From: Leucoraja ocellata
Taxonomy: Eukaryota
Direction of reading: 5' to 3'
Assembly: GCA_036785375.1 (NCBI GenBank)
Contig: JAWMAR010000340.1
Location: forward strand, 1,550,001-1,614,000
DNA: 64,000 bases
A program made the position numbers and the translations under genes. A model generated the notes under the pieces. It ran no database searches. It was not told the DNA's origin and was given only the letters and a program-made list of their open reading frames with translations. Below, piece after piece: positions 49,551 through 61,422 of this stretch. Each line of letters begins with the position of its first letter. The stretch's first letter is position 1.

Positions 49551-50814
49551 CTGGGGTACTGTTTCCAATTTTAGGCACAGTGCCTTTGGCAAAGTGTGAA
49601 GGCTTTGGAGAGGGTACAGAAACGATTCACCAGAATATTTGCATGGGCGAGGAATACAGTTATAGAGATTGGAGATGATGGGGTTGTTCCCAACAAATGA
49701 GAGGATTTGGTTAGAGCATGGAGAATTGTTTCTGTCACTGAGAGAGGAGATAATCAGAAAACATACCTTTAAGATATTGAACTATGATGTGAAGCAAAAT
49801 CTTACAATGCAAATTGTATAGAGACTTGATTGGGAAAGAAGTGCACAGAATGAGAATAATTGGAATATTTAGCATTTAATGAATCAAATAGCTTATTTCT
49901 GTGGATCCACGTTCCCTTTTGACTAAATGTATGTACTTTCACAATATTTGTGATGGTGTCCATGGAAATTTTAAATTTAATAACAGGTTTAAAAAATGAA
50001 CTCATACTTATGCAGTGTTTTACATGATCTTTTTAAATAATTCTATTGATCTAGCCTTCAAAAATCTGCTGAGTAGAGAATTTTGGAGAATCGTTGCCTT
50101 TGCAAGCAGTGGCCAGATTAATTTTAATGTTATAAAATGCGAACAGTTACACGTTAGAAAGAAGAATGAGAAAGGCAATATAAACTACACTGCTCACCCA
50201 CATACTGCTAACTCACAGAGTTTTGCAATAATGCCCTTGTTCCTCCAATCCAAACAAACACAGACACATTTTTTCTAATCACTCAGGCTGTATGCTTCTG
50301 TGTCATGAAGCTGGCTACTAGGAACCTGGCACAGGTCCCTGTCCTTCATTGACTCTCCTTATGCCTGCATTCTAACCAGTCCGGTGAGTCTGGGCCATCG
50401 CTGGGGACTGACATTGGTTCCAACAGGAGAGACCATTGGAGCTGGGCAGGCCATCTTCACGCCAATGGCCTGCAATCTCCTTTGCCCACCGAGGTTCACC
50501 TCTGAGCTCAAATGTTGGCACTGAGCAGCTGTAATTTTTGCCCCACTCTGTCCAAAAGCAATCCTCATTGCAGCCTGTTCACAGATAGTCTGGGGCGCTT
50601 GATTGCTGGATTCACTCCAATCCCAAAACCACAGCCCACAGCAGGGAAGAAGGCAGGCATTCACATCATTTTCCCAGCATGGCAGCTTTGTCACTATAGC
50701 ACCTCTCCATATATAATGTTATAAATGGCCTGTTTGCATAGTTCCCATTAGGGATCTTGTTCCTGAGAACATATCTTCTGTGCCAAACTTGGCACCAGCC
50801 TAGAGGGCACTATT

Positions 50815-51980
50815 CTAAAAGGGGTACTGGAACGGAGACATCTGGGGGATATGACATGGTTCAATGAAGTGGCACATCAGTGAGAAAGGCACATGGTATC
50901 TGCACTTTATAATTAGAGACATGGAATTCACGTGCAACTATGTTATGATAAACATTTACAAAAAATAGTTTAACCATTAACCAAAAAGTTTAACCATTAT
51001 CATAATGGTAATATTATCAGCTCTAGGCACAATACTTTAAGAAAAGTGTAAAGCCTTGAAGAAGATGTAGAAGAGATTTACCAAAATATTTTAGAGATAT
51101 ATGTTCTTTGTTATATGAATAGACTGCAGAAGCCGGCATTTTTCATTGTTGGGACAGAGAAGAGATCTGAAGGTTGTAAAGAGTGTAGATCAAGATAAAT
51201 TGTTCAATTTGGCAGAAAGATCAAGGAACAGGGGAATTCCATAAATTCACAACTCTCTGGGTGAAAAAGTTTTTTCTCACCTCAGTCTTAATAGACTTTA
51301 TTCTAAGACAATGGCCCCTGGTTCTGGACTCACCCAACATTGGGAACATTTTTCCTGCATCTAGCTTGTCCAGTCCTTTTATAATGTTTCTATAGGACCC
51401 CCCTCATCCTTCTAAACTCGAGTGAGTAAGTACAAGCTTAGTCTTTTCAATCTTTCCTCATATGACAGTCCCGCCATCCCAGGGATCAATCTCGTGAACC
51501 TACGCTGCACGGCTTCAATCACAAGGATGTCCTTCCCCAAATTAGGAGACCAAAACTGTACACAATACTCCAGATGTCTCACCAGAACCCTATACAATTG
51601 CAGAAGAAGCTCTTTACTCCTATACTGAAATCCTCTTGTTATGAAGGCCAACATTCCATTAGCTTTCTTCACTGCCTGTTGTACCTGTAAGCCAACTTTC
51701 AGTGACCTGTGTCCAAAGACGCCCAAGAATTGGGTGACACAGTGAAGATACTTGGCAAAAGAATCAAAATGACACGAGAAGTAATTTTGTTACACAATGA
51801 GGGTTAAAGTCTGGACTGACTGCCAGGCATAGTAAATTCAAGCTGGATAAGTATCCAAGAGTCAACAAAATAGGGTTATGGGGAAAGACTGGGTAATTGG
51901 GATTCCTCTCATGTGGACCTGTTACGGGCAATAACCCTAATGTCCTTTCTTTGCACTGTAAACATTCTGTGATTCCGTGA
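50815..51980 (+). mobile_element. Old CR1/L2-like fragment hosting a younger inverted CR1
   Basis: Decayed RT C-terminal motifs on both sides of 51235-51726. Confidence 0.5.
51235..51726 (-). mobile_element. CR1 ORF2 3' fragment
   Basis: ORF 51412-51726: QVQQAVKKANGMLAFI...LYRVLVRHLEYCVQFWSP...EAVQRRFTRLIPGM. Confidence 0.92.
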
Positions 51981-52129
51981 TTTTGTCTTTTACTGTGGTT
52001 TGCTTTGGAAATGGAACATTGTTTGTTTATAATTTCCTCTGGTTAGCATTATATTGTTTTGACTAAACAATTCAAATTCTACTCTTCTTGGTGATTGTTG
52101 CTTTGGTTGGCATGTTAAGTATTGACTTT

Positions 52130-53520
52130 ACTGCAACTCAATTCCTGACTGGCAGGTCTCAGTCAGCTAGAATTTGATTCAACACTTCCTTAACATTGAC
52201 CCTCAGCACTGGTGCCCCTCAGGGTTGTGTGCTCCGTCTCTTATACCCACTCTGTGGACAAGTACAACGTCAACTCGATCTTTGAGTTTGCTGATACGAC
52301 CAATGTTTACACCCAGTTCAACAATAATGATGAGACAAAGTATAGGAAAGAGATTGAGTCATGGTGACACGGCAGTAACCTTCCCCAGTAAGACGGAAGA
52401 ATTGGTTGTAGACCGAAAGAAACATAGAAACATAGAAACATAGAAAATAGGTGCAAGAGTAGGCCATTCGGCCCTTCGAGCCTGCACTGCCATTCGATAT
52501 GATCATGGCTGATCATCCAACTCAGTATTCCATCCCTGCCTTCTATCCATACCCCCTGATCCCTTTAGCCACAAGGGCCACATCTAACTCCCTCTTAAAT
52601 ATAGCCAATGAACTGGCCTCAACTACCTTCTGTGGCAGAGAATTCCACAGATTCACCACTCTCTGTGTAAAAAATGATTTTCTCATCTCGATCCTAAAAC
52701 TGTGACCCCTAGTTCTGGACTTCCCCAACATCGGGAATAATCTTCCTGCATCTAGCCTGTCCAACCCCTTAAGAATTTTGTAAATTTCTATAAGACCCCC
52801 CCTCAATCTTCTAAATTCTAGCGTGTACAAGCCGAGTCTATCCAGTCTTTCTTCATATGAAAGTCCTGCCATCCCAGGAATCAGTCTGGTGAACCTTCTC
52901 TGTACTCCCTCTATGGCAAGAATGTCTTTCCTCAGATTAGGAGAAGAGAGAGAGTGAACACAATCATGTCCTCATCAACCGAGGTGTTGAAGAGATGGTC
53001 AACATCTTCACGTTCCTAGCCTTCTATATCACCAGCAATCAAATCTAGTCCTTTCACACTAATCAAGAAAATGCATCACGTATTTATTTTCTTACTCATC
53101 TTAGAAGATGTGGCATGTCCCACATGATTCCCTTAATTTTCTACAGTTGTGCGATAGGATGATCTCAGCCTGGTATGGCAGCTGTTCTGTTCTTGATTGC
53201 CTGAACCTGTAAAGAGTGGTGAACGCAGCCTAGACCATCACAGGCTCTTTATTTCTTTCCTTATAATCCATGATGCGTCACATCAGGAAAGCTGGAAGTA
53301 TTGTCAAGGATACGTGTTTCCTTTTTCTGTCCCTTTTAGGCATAGAGCAAATTAACGTTCATTTGATCACTTGGGTTTCATTTCTAAAGTCCTTTGTTAT
53401 GATATTGATATTATATAAACTAGTGTTTTCTCTTTCCCTTTTGAAGATACAGAAGCTTGAAAGCTCCAATTTTCATACAAGAACAGCATCTTCCCCGCTG
53501 CTATCAGACTTCTGAAACAA
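52130..53520 (+). mobile_element. Rex1/Babar-like LINE relic, interrupted by a CR1
   Basis: AGCACTGGTGCCCCTCAGGGTTGTGTGCTC (STGAPQGCVL), TTTGCTGAT, AAGACGGAAGAATTGGTTGTAGAC (KTEELVVD); resumes after ~52946 and ends with a FPAAIRLL-coding stretch. Confidence 0.7.
52417..52946 (-). mobile_element. 5'-truncated CR1 3' end
   Basis: ORF 52543-52872 (YEERLDRLGLYTLEFRRLRGGLIEIYKI...WNSLPQKVVEA); (ATGTTTCT)n tail at 52417-52445. Confidence 0.93.
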
Positions 53521-53682
53521 TCACTTCTTTCACACACCTTCCCAGAAATGCTGTCATGTACTATTAGTCATAAATCTTCAGTTATTTTGTTGTTGTACTT
53601 GTAGTGTAAAACTTCATATTGCACTTCAATCTTTCATCATTCTGCTTTTTTGCATTGTTGCTCTTATTGATGTATTTGTAGG

Positions 53683-53872
53683 GTATATGGAATCTGCCGG
53701 AGGGGATAGTTGAGGCAGGTACTATCACAACGTTTAAGAAACATTTAGACAGGTACATGGATAGGATATCCATGTGGGCCAAATGCAGGTAGGTGGGACT
53801 AGTGTAGATGGGACATGTTGGATGGTGTGGGCAAGTTGAGCCAATGAGCCTGTCTCCACGCTATGACTTTAT
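53683..53872 (+). mobile_element. CR1 3'-end fragment, second subfamily
   Basis: GGAATCTGCCGGAGG...TTTAAGAAACATTTAGACAGGTACATGGATAGG...GGGCCAAATGCAGGTAGGTGGGACTAG, same tail type as 21640-21795. Confidence 0.8.
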
Positions 53873-54119
53873 ATGTCTTTATTTTATGTCTAGTGTTTAC
53901 TCTGTGAGCATCATGTGAATATAATTTTATTACGCTGTGGTGTACATAACATTAAACTAATTGCAATCTAATCTGAATCTATTTAAAAGCCTCTCTACAG
54001 TGTTCATTGCTTAATGTGCATATCCAGCCCATTTGGCTTGATATAAATTTCAGCTTTTACGAATAGTAGAGCTAATAGGACTTGATATTTCAATCCCTGT
54101 AATAAGTTGGCACCCTTGC

Positions 54120-55115
54120 TATTTGCAGTGGGATTGGAGTGGTGAAAGGTCGGGTAGGTACATCATTGGGGTCATCAGGTGGGCACGCTCCTTCTTTGAT
54201 GTTTCATTGATAAGCCCACACCATCTCCAGAGGGCTCAACGGTGATACCTGGCATCCCAGTTACACCCCCTCAATTCCATACCCTCCTGTCTTCATCTTG
54301 CAGCCCAACTGTCATCTCTCCTTTTGATCCATATCCAATTGCTGCTTTTTTTCTGCAGAATTTGATAATGATTTGATTGCTTGTTGGAAGGAGCGACCCC
54401 TCAGCCCCATTTTCTTTAACAGCCTGGTCATAGATGTAGCAACAAATCCCCTGCATCCCACTTGACAGGGAAAATCTTGGTCTTCCAGCCATTCTGGGAA
54501 GCTTCAGTTGCCAGTTCAGAGTACTTGGTCTTTTTCCTCTCATAAGCTTCTTCAACACCATCTTCCCATGAAATTGTCAATTCCACAACGTATGCCAACC
54601 TGGCTGATGTGGACCACAGGACCATGTCTGGCCGGAGTGTTGTAGCCACAATGTCTGGGGGAAACACAAGCTTTTTTTCTAAGACCACTTCCATTTTCCA
54701 ATCCCGAGCAGGCTGCAGAATGCTTGCATCCATTGATGTTATCTGGTGCTCTGGAGGTTGGCCTGCTGGTACAAATGTTGTGAAGTGGACATTTCCGGCC
54801 GATGTTTGTGGGGAAGCATTTGTGATCTTACACCTCTGTTCCAGGATTGATGCCAGCTGTCTGAGAACTTGGTTATGCTGCCATGTGTAACACCCTTGGT
54901 TCCCGAGCATCATAGAGCATCCTGTTAAAATGTGCCTTAGTGATGAAGGTGCTTGGCAAAGAGAGCAAGCGGGGTCTTCTCCGAACCACTGCTTCAGGTT
55001 CTGGGGTGTTGATAGAACATCATAAGTGGCTCTGATGACAAAACTTATCCGAGATCCTTCCATTTGCAGATGTCAGTTGAGTTTCCCCTTTTACAGGTTC
55101 TCCCAGTTGGTCCAA
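54120..55115 (-). mobile_element. 5'-truncated HERO-like (restriction-like endonuclease) non-LTR retrotransposon
   Basis: ORF 54428-55063 has a CCHC knuckle (CSLC...HILTGC), W-x-HNQVL, RPDMVLW and ELTISWE...KKTKY, the RLE domain layout of R2/HERO-group elements; frameshift near 54460, then a 3' UTR. Confidence 0.85.
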
Positions 55116-55689
55116 ATAGAAAATTTGTGAAAATAGAGAGATAAATATCAGTTATACATGATTTCAAATTGATTTTAGTTTAAAGTTTTTAAGTATTCTT
55201 TCAGGGTTCTCTCAGTATTTTTGCTTCTGTTTTGCATTATATTTTAATTGTTTTTAAAACTGTTTAATTGATTTTTATAGTTTTTATAGTTAAACACATT
55301 CAGAAGTGTTGGAAGTTTTCACCATTGGCTACATTAGGCACATTGGTTTTGTAAGGCTGTCAACCTTATTTTCAGTTGTTTTGTGGGTGGGGTTTCTTAC
55401 GGCTTCCTAATTCCCCCAGATGACAGCATTTATATTCACAAGGTTCTGCCGCTGTCCAGGATATTACCATTGTGAACCAGGCCTGCACTCGATAGGTAAG
55501 TTTAGACTATTTTCATACATCAGCAGTGAACATAGATGGGTGGCCTTTGACAGGAAATTCTGGTTCAATATGTGGTAATGTAAAAAGAGACATAGAGCAA
55601 ATCGAAGACCGTTGATCACATGGATTCCATTTCTTAAGTCATTTTTTATGTTATTGATATTATATAAACTAATGTTTTAATTAAATGTA

Positions 55690-56011
55690 CAGGCACTCCC
55701 CGACCTACGTGATAGGTAACTTACGTAAACTCAAACTTATGTAAGCAACTGTTTACGCTCACTGCTTTATTTATGAGTTGCGTGTCTCTGCGGTCTCAGT
55801 AGCAGTGCGCTACTGCCGTCTCATGCAGTCATTTATAAAAAACAATCAACAGTTTTCATGGACCCCCCCACGTGGTATCCACATCCGAACTCCCTAGTGG
55901 TTTCTTTGTCGAATAGTAAACTTACACTTGTACAATAGCATTTCTGTTTACGATTTTCGTAACCTCTAACTTACGCATGATGTAACCCTTACATAAGTTG
56001 GGAAGCGTCTG
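55690..56011. mobile_element. Tigger/pogo-like MITE (322 bp)
   Basis: Left end CAGGCACTCCCCGACCTACG matches the reverse complement of the right end (CAGACGCTTCCCAACTTATG) at 14/20, all mismatches transitions; TA on the left flank; subterminal AACTTACG repeats; non-coding. Confidence 0.75.
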
Positions 56012-58359
56012 AATATACTAAGTACTACACATTTATAAGATGCGACTGTGGTAACTTGTCACTTTATAATATGCTTTGATGCCATAATGTCAAAGCCATT
56101 TGGAACAAAATGTATCCATGGAGGGAAAAGAACAAATGTCTTTTGAGGGTTGTGATGTGACTTGTAATAGATGGGTTTTTGGTGACCTACCAAGGCTGGC
56201 TCAAATATATAGAGAAATCCATCTGTATCCATTGTGGCATTCTACTGTAGTTTATTTTGGTCAATAGTAAAAGAGGAACTTCTTGTTTAGGTAATGCTTT
56301 AATATGTGCTTCATCTGTACCCCTAGGTTTGGACACAGTAATTCTTCATAAATTTCCACAATGCATGTTTTCCTTCTAACTTGAGTCTAATCACAGTCAT
56401 TTTTTTGGATACCTCATAGAATCTTTCTATCACTCCATTGACATCAATATGCTGTCATCTTGAATGATAAAATTTAGGATATACTTGTTGGAATCCTGCT
56501 CAGTTAAATAATGCATTTTATCAACTGACAGCTTTTGGAATTCCTTGGATACAAAGATCTTATCCAGTAAATGTACTACAGCTTGAGCAGATGTTACTTT
56601 CAGAGCTTCAATTTCTGGAAATACCAAGTGCATTCCAAGGCTCTCTTGGGCAACCTCCCATCCTTCACCCTCATTAAACTTTAGTTCACACAATTCGTGG
56701 CTTTCTCTAAATCATCCATCACTTCCATTTTCAGATTCTCATCCTCATGTTTAAATCCCTTTATGGTCTTTATGTGATCTCTTCCAGCCCTACAAACTCT
56801 TTAACCATGTTTGATTCTCACTGGAAATTTACCTCCTTCACTATTAATCCTATAACTTGGCAAAACATTGGATAAAGCTGCACATGACCATCTCTAGAAA
56901 GCTTCTCATCTCAGTGGCGTTTAGTTGTTTTGGGATCTGGGTAGCTTAATCCTTACTTTAAACTTTTTTCCTACAAGGCAACAATGATGAAATTTCAAAA
57001 TTACTCTATTAGCTATGCAGCACTTTGGGGCATCCTGTTAGCAAGTTAGCAACTTTATAATGGAAAGATCTTTCCTTGCTTCTTTACCCGATGATAACTA
57101 TATTTTCCAAATAACATTTATTTTTATAAGTAACATTTTATGGGCAAGCACACAATCTTTACCTTTTTATCAAGGAGCATATCACTGTACTGAGATTTCT
57201 TTGACTAGATGCCTCCAACTCTGCCCATGCTGCACAGTACTTCCAGTATCTACCATCTGACATGATGCATTAAATCAGTTCAGCATGGCTTCTTCAACAG
57301 CAGCTCCAAGCCTATGATGCCACTAACTAGAATGATAAGGGAATCAGAAGAATGAGAACATAAATACCACCAAATTCCTTTCCAAGTAGGACACCATCCT
57401 AATATATATGTATATTCCTTTGCCATAATTGGATCAAAATCAGGAACTTCCTACTTATCAATATTCTGTTTTATATTTTTGATGCTTAATTGTAAATCAA
57501 CCTTCATGAATTTTTATTGAAGTCCCAATCACTTCTCATGGTTTCCCAATAGCTCATGCTCAATCTGAAGTACTGTGATCAAACTGCCACTTTCTGAAGG
57601 TTTCCAGCTATCTTTCATTCAGCACTGCCACACTTTACTTTGATGTGAACAGTTTTGCTTTTTGTTTACTGCTCAGCCACTATGATTTCCTCTCATCTTT
57701 TTTTAAAAATCCTATAAAAGATAACTGTGAAAAATAATTTATTTTCCCACGAGATCAAAATGATATTTGTTTCCAAGTATCTGTGTCATGTTGTTACATG
57801 CCACCTCAGAACTACATTCTTTGACAAGTGTTAATATGTGTTTGTTTTATTCAGATGCTCATTTCTTAATGCTTAAACTTGCTACATGTGGTTCTGGCCT
57901 TATATTCCATCTCCACGGCCTTTAGTGCACATCCAATTAAGTCAATGCAGTGTGCTACTCAATTATTTCACTCACATTTTCAACAGCAAACAATTTTAAA
58001 GAGTTTGATGTTCATAATTTACATATTTGACTTCACACTTCAATGCAAATTGCTTGAACTACATGAAATTGATCCAGTGACTAATTAAGTTTTGTAGGAA
58101 TGATGATTTTTTCATATGGCATATTTTTTGAATGCTAACCAGTTTTTCTTTATTACTTTGGCACTTGCCGATTCCTATTTGATCCCTTCAATCCCTTGAA
58201 TGAAATTGGCTGAAGATTAAATTCTGTGATGGTGGGGAACTCAGGAGAAAGCTGAGAGAGATCATTTGACCAAGCAGTGGTACAAATGCTTTGGCCTTGT
58301 CTTTATCATCCACGAGGATAGGGATGTTGTTGCATCTTCCTTCTTCAATTAACTGTTTA

Positions 58360-59185
58360 TAGCAATGTTACAACATTTTGAGATTTTAAAAATCGTCTGC
58401 AATTAAAAATACGTTTAATTTGACAGCTAATTCACTTTCATATCTTCAGTATTAAAAATGTTATGGCCATTTTCATACTCTGAAATTAGCACCTTTTGCT
58501 TTTCCATTGACTTCTCAAAAGCTGTGATCGAGGACAGTCAAAAGCCTATAACTTTCTTAAAAATTAAGAGAACTGAATGAAAATTTCAGTTATTATAGAT
58601 TGAAGCATTCTGAAAGAAATATGAAACAATCTTACTTGGATGACCTGAAATTAAAGCATATAATTAGTTAATTACCTAATTGTAGCTGATTACAAAATTC
58701 AATTACTAGATCTAAACATCTATCCATTTCTTAAGAAAAGGTTAACATTTTTAAATAGCCTAAGTATCCTAATAACATTCACACAAGAATTTGCAATATA
58801 ACATGATTTTTAAATCTCATTGTCATGAATTTATAGGCAAAATGGAAGGAATTTAGTGTTTAATTCCGTTAAATTAATGGCCATTTAAATCATCTTGTCA
58901 GTGAGATTTTGTGGAACGCGATCGTTTGGAACATTGCGGTAGCGGTGAATTTAAACCCCATATCGGCAGGAAAAACACTGCCGGTTCATATGGTGCCTTA
59001 ATTACATTTTCGCTGATGAAATTTTGATTAAATTAATCCTAAGAAGCAAGTTTACATGTAAAATACATGACTTACCTTATGTTTTGTCCCCTACGTGAGA
59101 TCCGTCCCGTTGTCCGCGTTGACGGCGTTAGAAGAAGATTTTTATTTTACTCCAGGGATTAAATTGTCCCACGGTTTAAAAAAAA
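58360..59185. mobile_element. Probable non-autonomous DNA transposon fragment (Kolobok-like)
   Basis: Recalled Kolobok-type internal motifs (AAAATGTTATGGCC, CTATAACTTTC, GAAAATTTCAG, CCATTGACTT) and a CpG-rich right part; no terminal inverted repeats identified. Confidence 0.35.
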
Positions 59186-59415
59186 AAGAATGATTTGTTT
59201 AATGTACAGTTGTAAAACATCCAGTCTCTTGGAAAGCAGAGTGTAAAGTCAGGTGATTTTTGAGAATGCCTTCAAATAAAAGATGAGATAACATTTATTT
59301 CTAACATGGTCAGTGAGCGGTGAAAATAAATGTCTTTGGTGTTGTGGTTTATCAAGAAGATTGTATTAGATCTGTATCTCATTGTATCTCTTTTTCATGT
59401 TAAAATCTGACAGGC

Positions 59416-60192
59416 TTTTAGCAGCAGCTTGGGACTCCTGAGCACAGGCTGAAATCCAGACCATCACTCTCATCATGTGTGGGCGGACTTCTCATAGACT
59501 CCATTGGGACAGAAGAGACTCTCAGACATCTCAGCACATGCATACCCATTGGGCCCATCAAAATCAATAAAAAAGCAGACACACTCTGTCCACGGAAGAG
59601 TGAGGACGTTAGCTTTCTCTTACTTTGATCTAATTCAGTTATTTCAAGTCTACAATTTGAGAGGGAGATGGGAGAATCTGAAGTATCAGTATTGCAGTTG
59701 AACAAAGGGGACTATGGAGCCATGAGGGAGGAGCAGGCCAAAGTTGACTGCAAAGATACCCCAGCAGGGATGACAGTGGAACAACAATGACAGGTATTTC
59801 TGGGTATAATACAGAAGGTGCAGCATCAGTTCATTCCAAAGAGGAAGAAAGATTCCAAGGGGAGTATGGGGCGTCCGTGGATGACAAGGGAAGTCAGGGA
59901 CAGTATAAAAATAAAGGAGAAGTATAACATAGCAAAGATGAGTAGGAAGCCAGAGGATTGGACAACTTTTAAAGAGCAACAGAAGATAACAAAAAAGACA
60001 ATACGTGGAGAAAAGATGAGGTACGAAGGTAAGCTAGCCAAGAATATAAAGGAGGAGAGTTAAAGGTTCTTTAGGTATGTGAAGAGGGAAAAAATAGTTA
60101 AGACCAAAGTTGGACCAAATGTGGATAATTGTGAGGTTATCCACTTTGGTGGCAAAAACAGGAAGGCAGATTATTATTTGAATGGTGTCAAG
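59416..60192 (+). mobile_element. Rearranged CR1 fragments
   Basis: 59620-60115 encodes ORF2 post-endonuclease sequence (FIPKRKK...PWMTREV...YEGKLAKNIKE); after a deletion comes NVDNCEVIHFGGKNRKADYYLNG. 59416-59620 may be an inverted 5' piece. Confidence 0.75.
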
Positions 60193-60462
60193 TTGAGCGC
60201 GGGGCTTTGTTCCACAGAGGCCCAGGAGTGGTTGGAGCAGTTGGAGCAGCGTCCGGGCGGTGAGTTTAAAAACGGAGCACTGGGGCTTTGTTCCACAGAG
60301 GCCCAGGAGCGCCCACTTTGCAACGTTCCATCATACGTCAAAGTAATTGGGCTTGAGGAAGCCGCTGATTGGTAGAAGCGGACTAGAGGAAGCAGCTGAT
60401 TGGGTCAGATCCCTGCTGATTTCTACCAGCAGTTTGTATTGTATCCTGGGTAAGGGGGGAGT

Positions 60463-61375
60463 ATGAGGGCCAGGGCAGTTTACTGTTCTGGATGTCAGAT
60501 GTGGGAAGTCATGGAGTCTCATAGACTTCCAGCCGTCCACACCTGCGCCAGGTGCGTCGAGATGGGGCTCCTAAGGGACCGTATTAGGAACCTGGAGCAG
60601 CAGCTCGATGACCTCTGTCTGGTCAGTGAGAGTGAGGAGGTCATAGAGAGGGGTTATAGAGAGGTGGTCACTCCAAGACCACGGGACGCAGACAAGTGGG
60701 TCATGGTTAGCAGGGGCAAGGGGCAGGGGCAGGGTCTAGGGAGTACCCCAGTGGCTGTACACCTTGTAAATAAGTACTCCTGTTTTACCCTTGGGTTGTG
60801 ACAGCGGCTGGTCTTCCAGCACAGAGACCGGCCCTGTTGGTCAGAAGGGTAGGGAAAAGAAGAGGAGGGCAATAGTAATAGGGGACTCTATAGTTAGGGG
60901 GTCAGATAGGCGATTCTGTGGACGCAGTCAGGAGACCCGGATGGTAGTTTGCCTCCCTGGTGCCAGGGTCTGAGATGTGTCTGAACGAGTCCAAGATATC
61001 CTGAAATGGGAGGGAGAGGAGCCTGAGGTTGTGGTACATATAGGTGCCAATGACATAGGTAGAAAAAGAGAACAGATCCTGAAAGGAGAATTTAGGGAGT
61101 TAGGAAGAGAGTTAAGGAGAAGGATCTCGAAAGTAACAATCTCAGGATTACTGCCTGTGCCATGTGACAGTGAGAGTAGGAACTGGGTGAGGTGGAGGAT
61201 AAATGCGTGGCTGAGGGACTGGTGCAGAGGGCAGGGATTCAAGTTTCTGGATCATTGGGACCTCTTTTGGGGAAGGTGTGACCTGTACAAAAAGGACGGG
61301 TTGCACTTGAACCCGAGGGGGACCAATACCCTGGCGGGGAGATTTGCAAAGGCTACTGGGGAGAATTTAAACTAG
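60463..61375 (+). pseudogene. CR1 ORF1 relic (Cys finger, coiled coil, SGNH esterase)
   Basis: CSGC...CARC, LRDRIRNLEQQL, then SGNH blocks VIGDSIVRG, HIGANDIG and DGLHLN; one frameshift and one stop. Confidence 0.88.
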
Positions 61376-61422
61376 AATGGTTTGGGGGAGGGACTCAAAT
61401 AGAGAAAGCTAGTAGACAGTGT

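Noticed and set aside
60200-60310. Direct repeat GGGGCTTTGTTCCACAGAGGCCCAGGAG with a spacer, superficially CRISPR-like
   Set aside because: Only two units, eukaryotic context, and located in the CR1 5' UTR.
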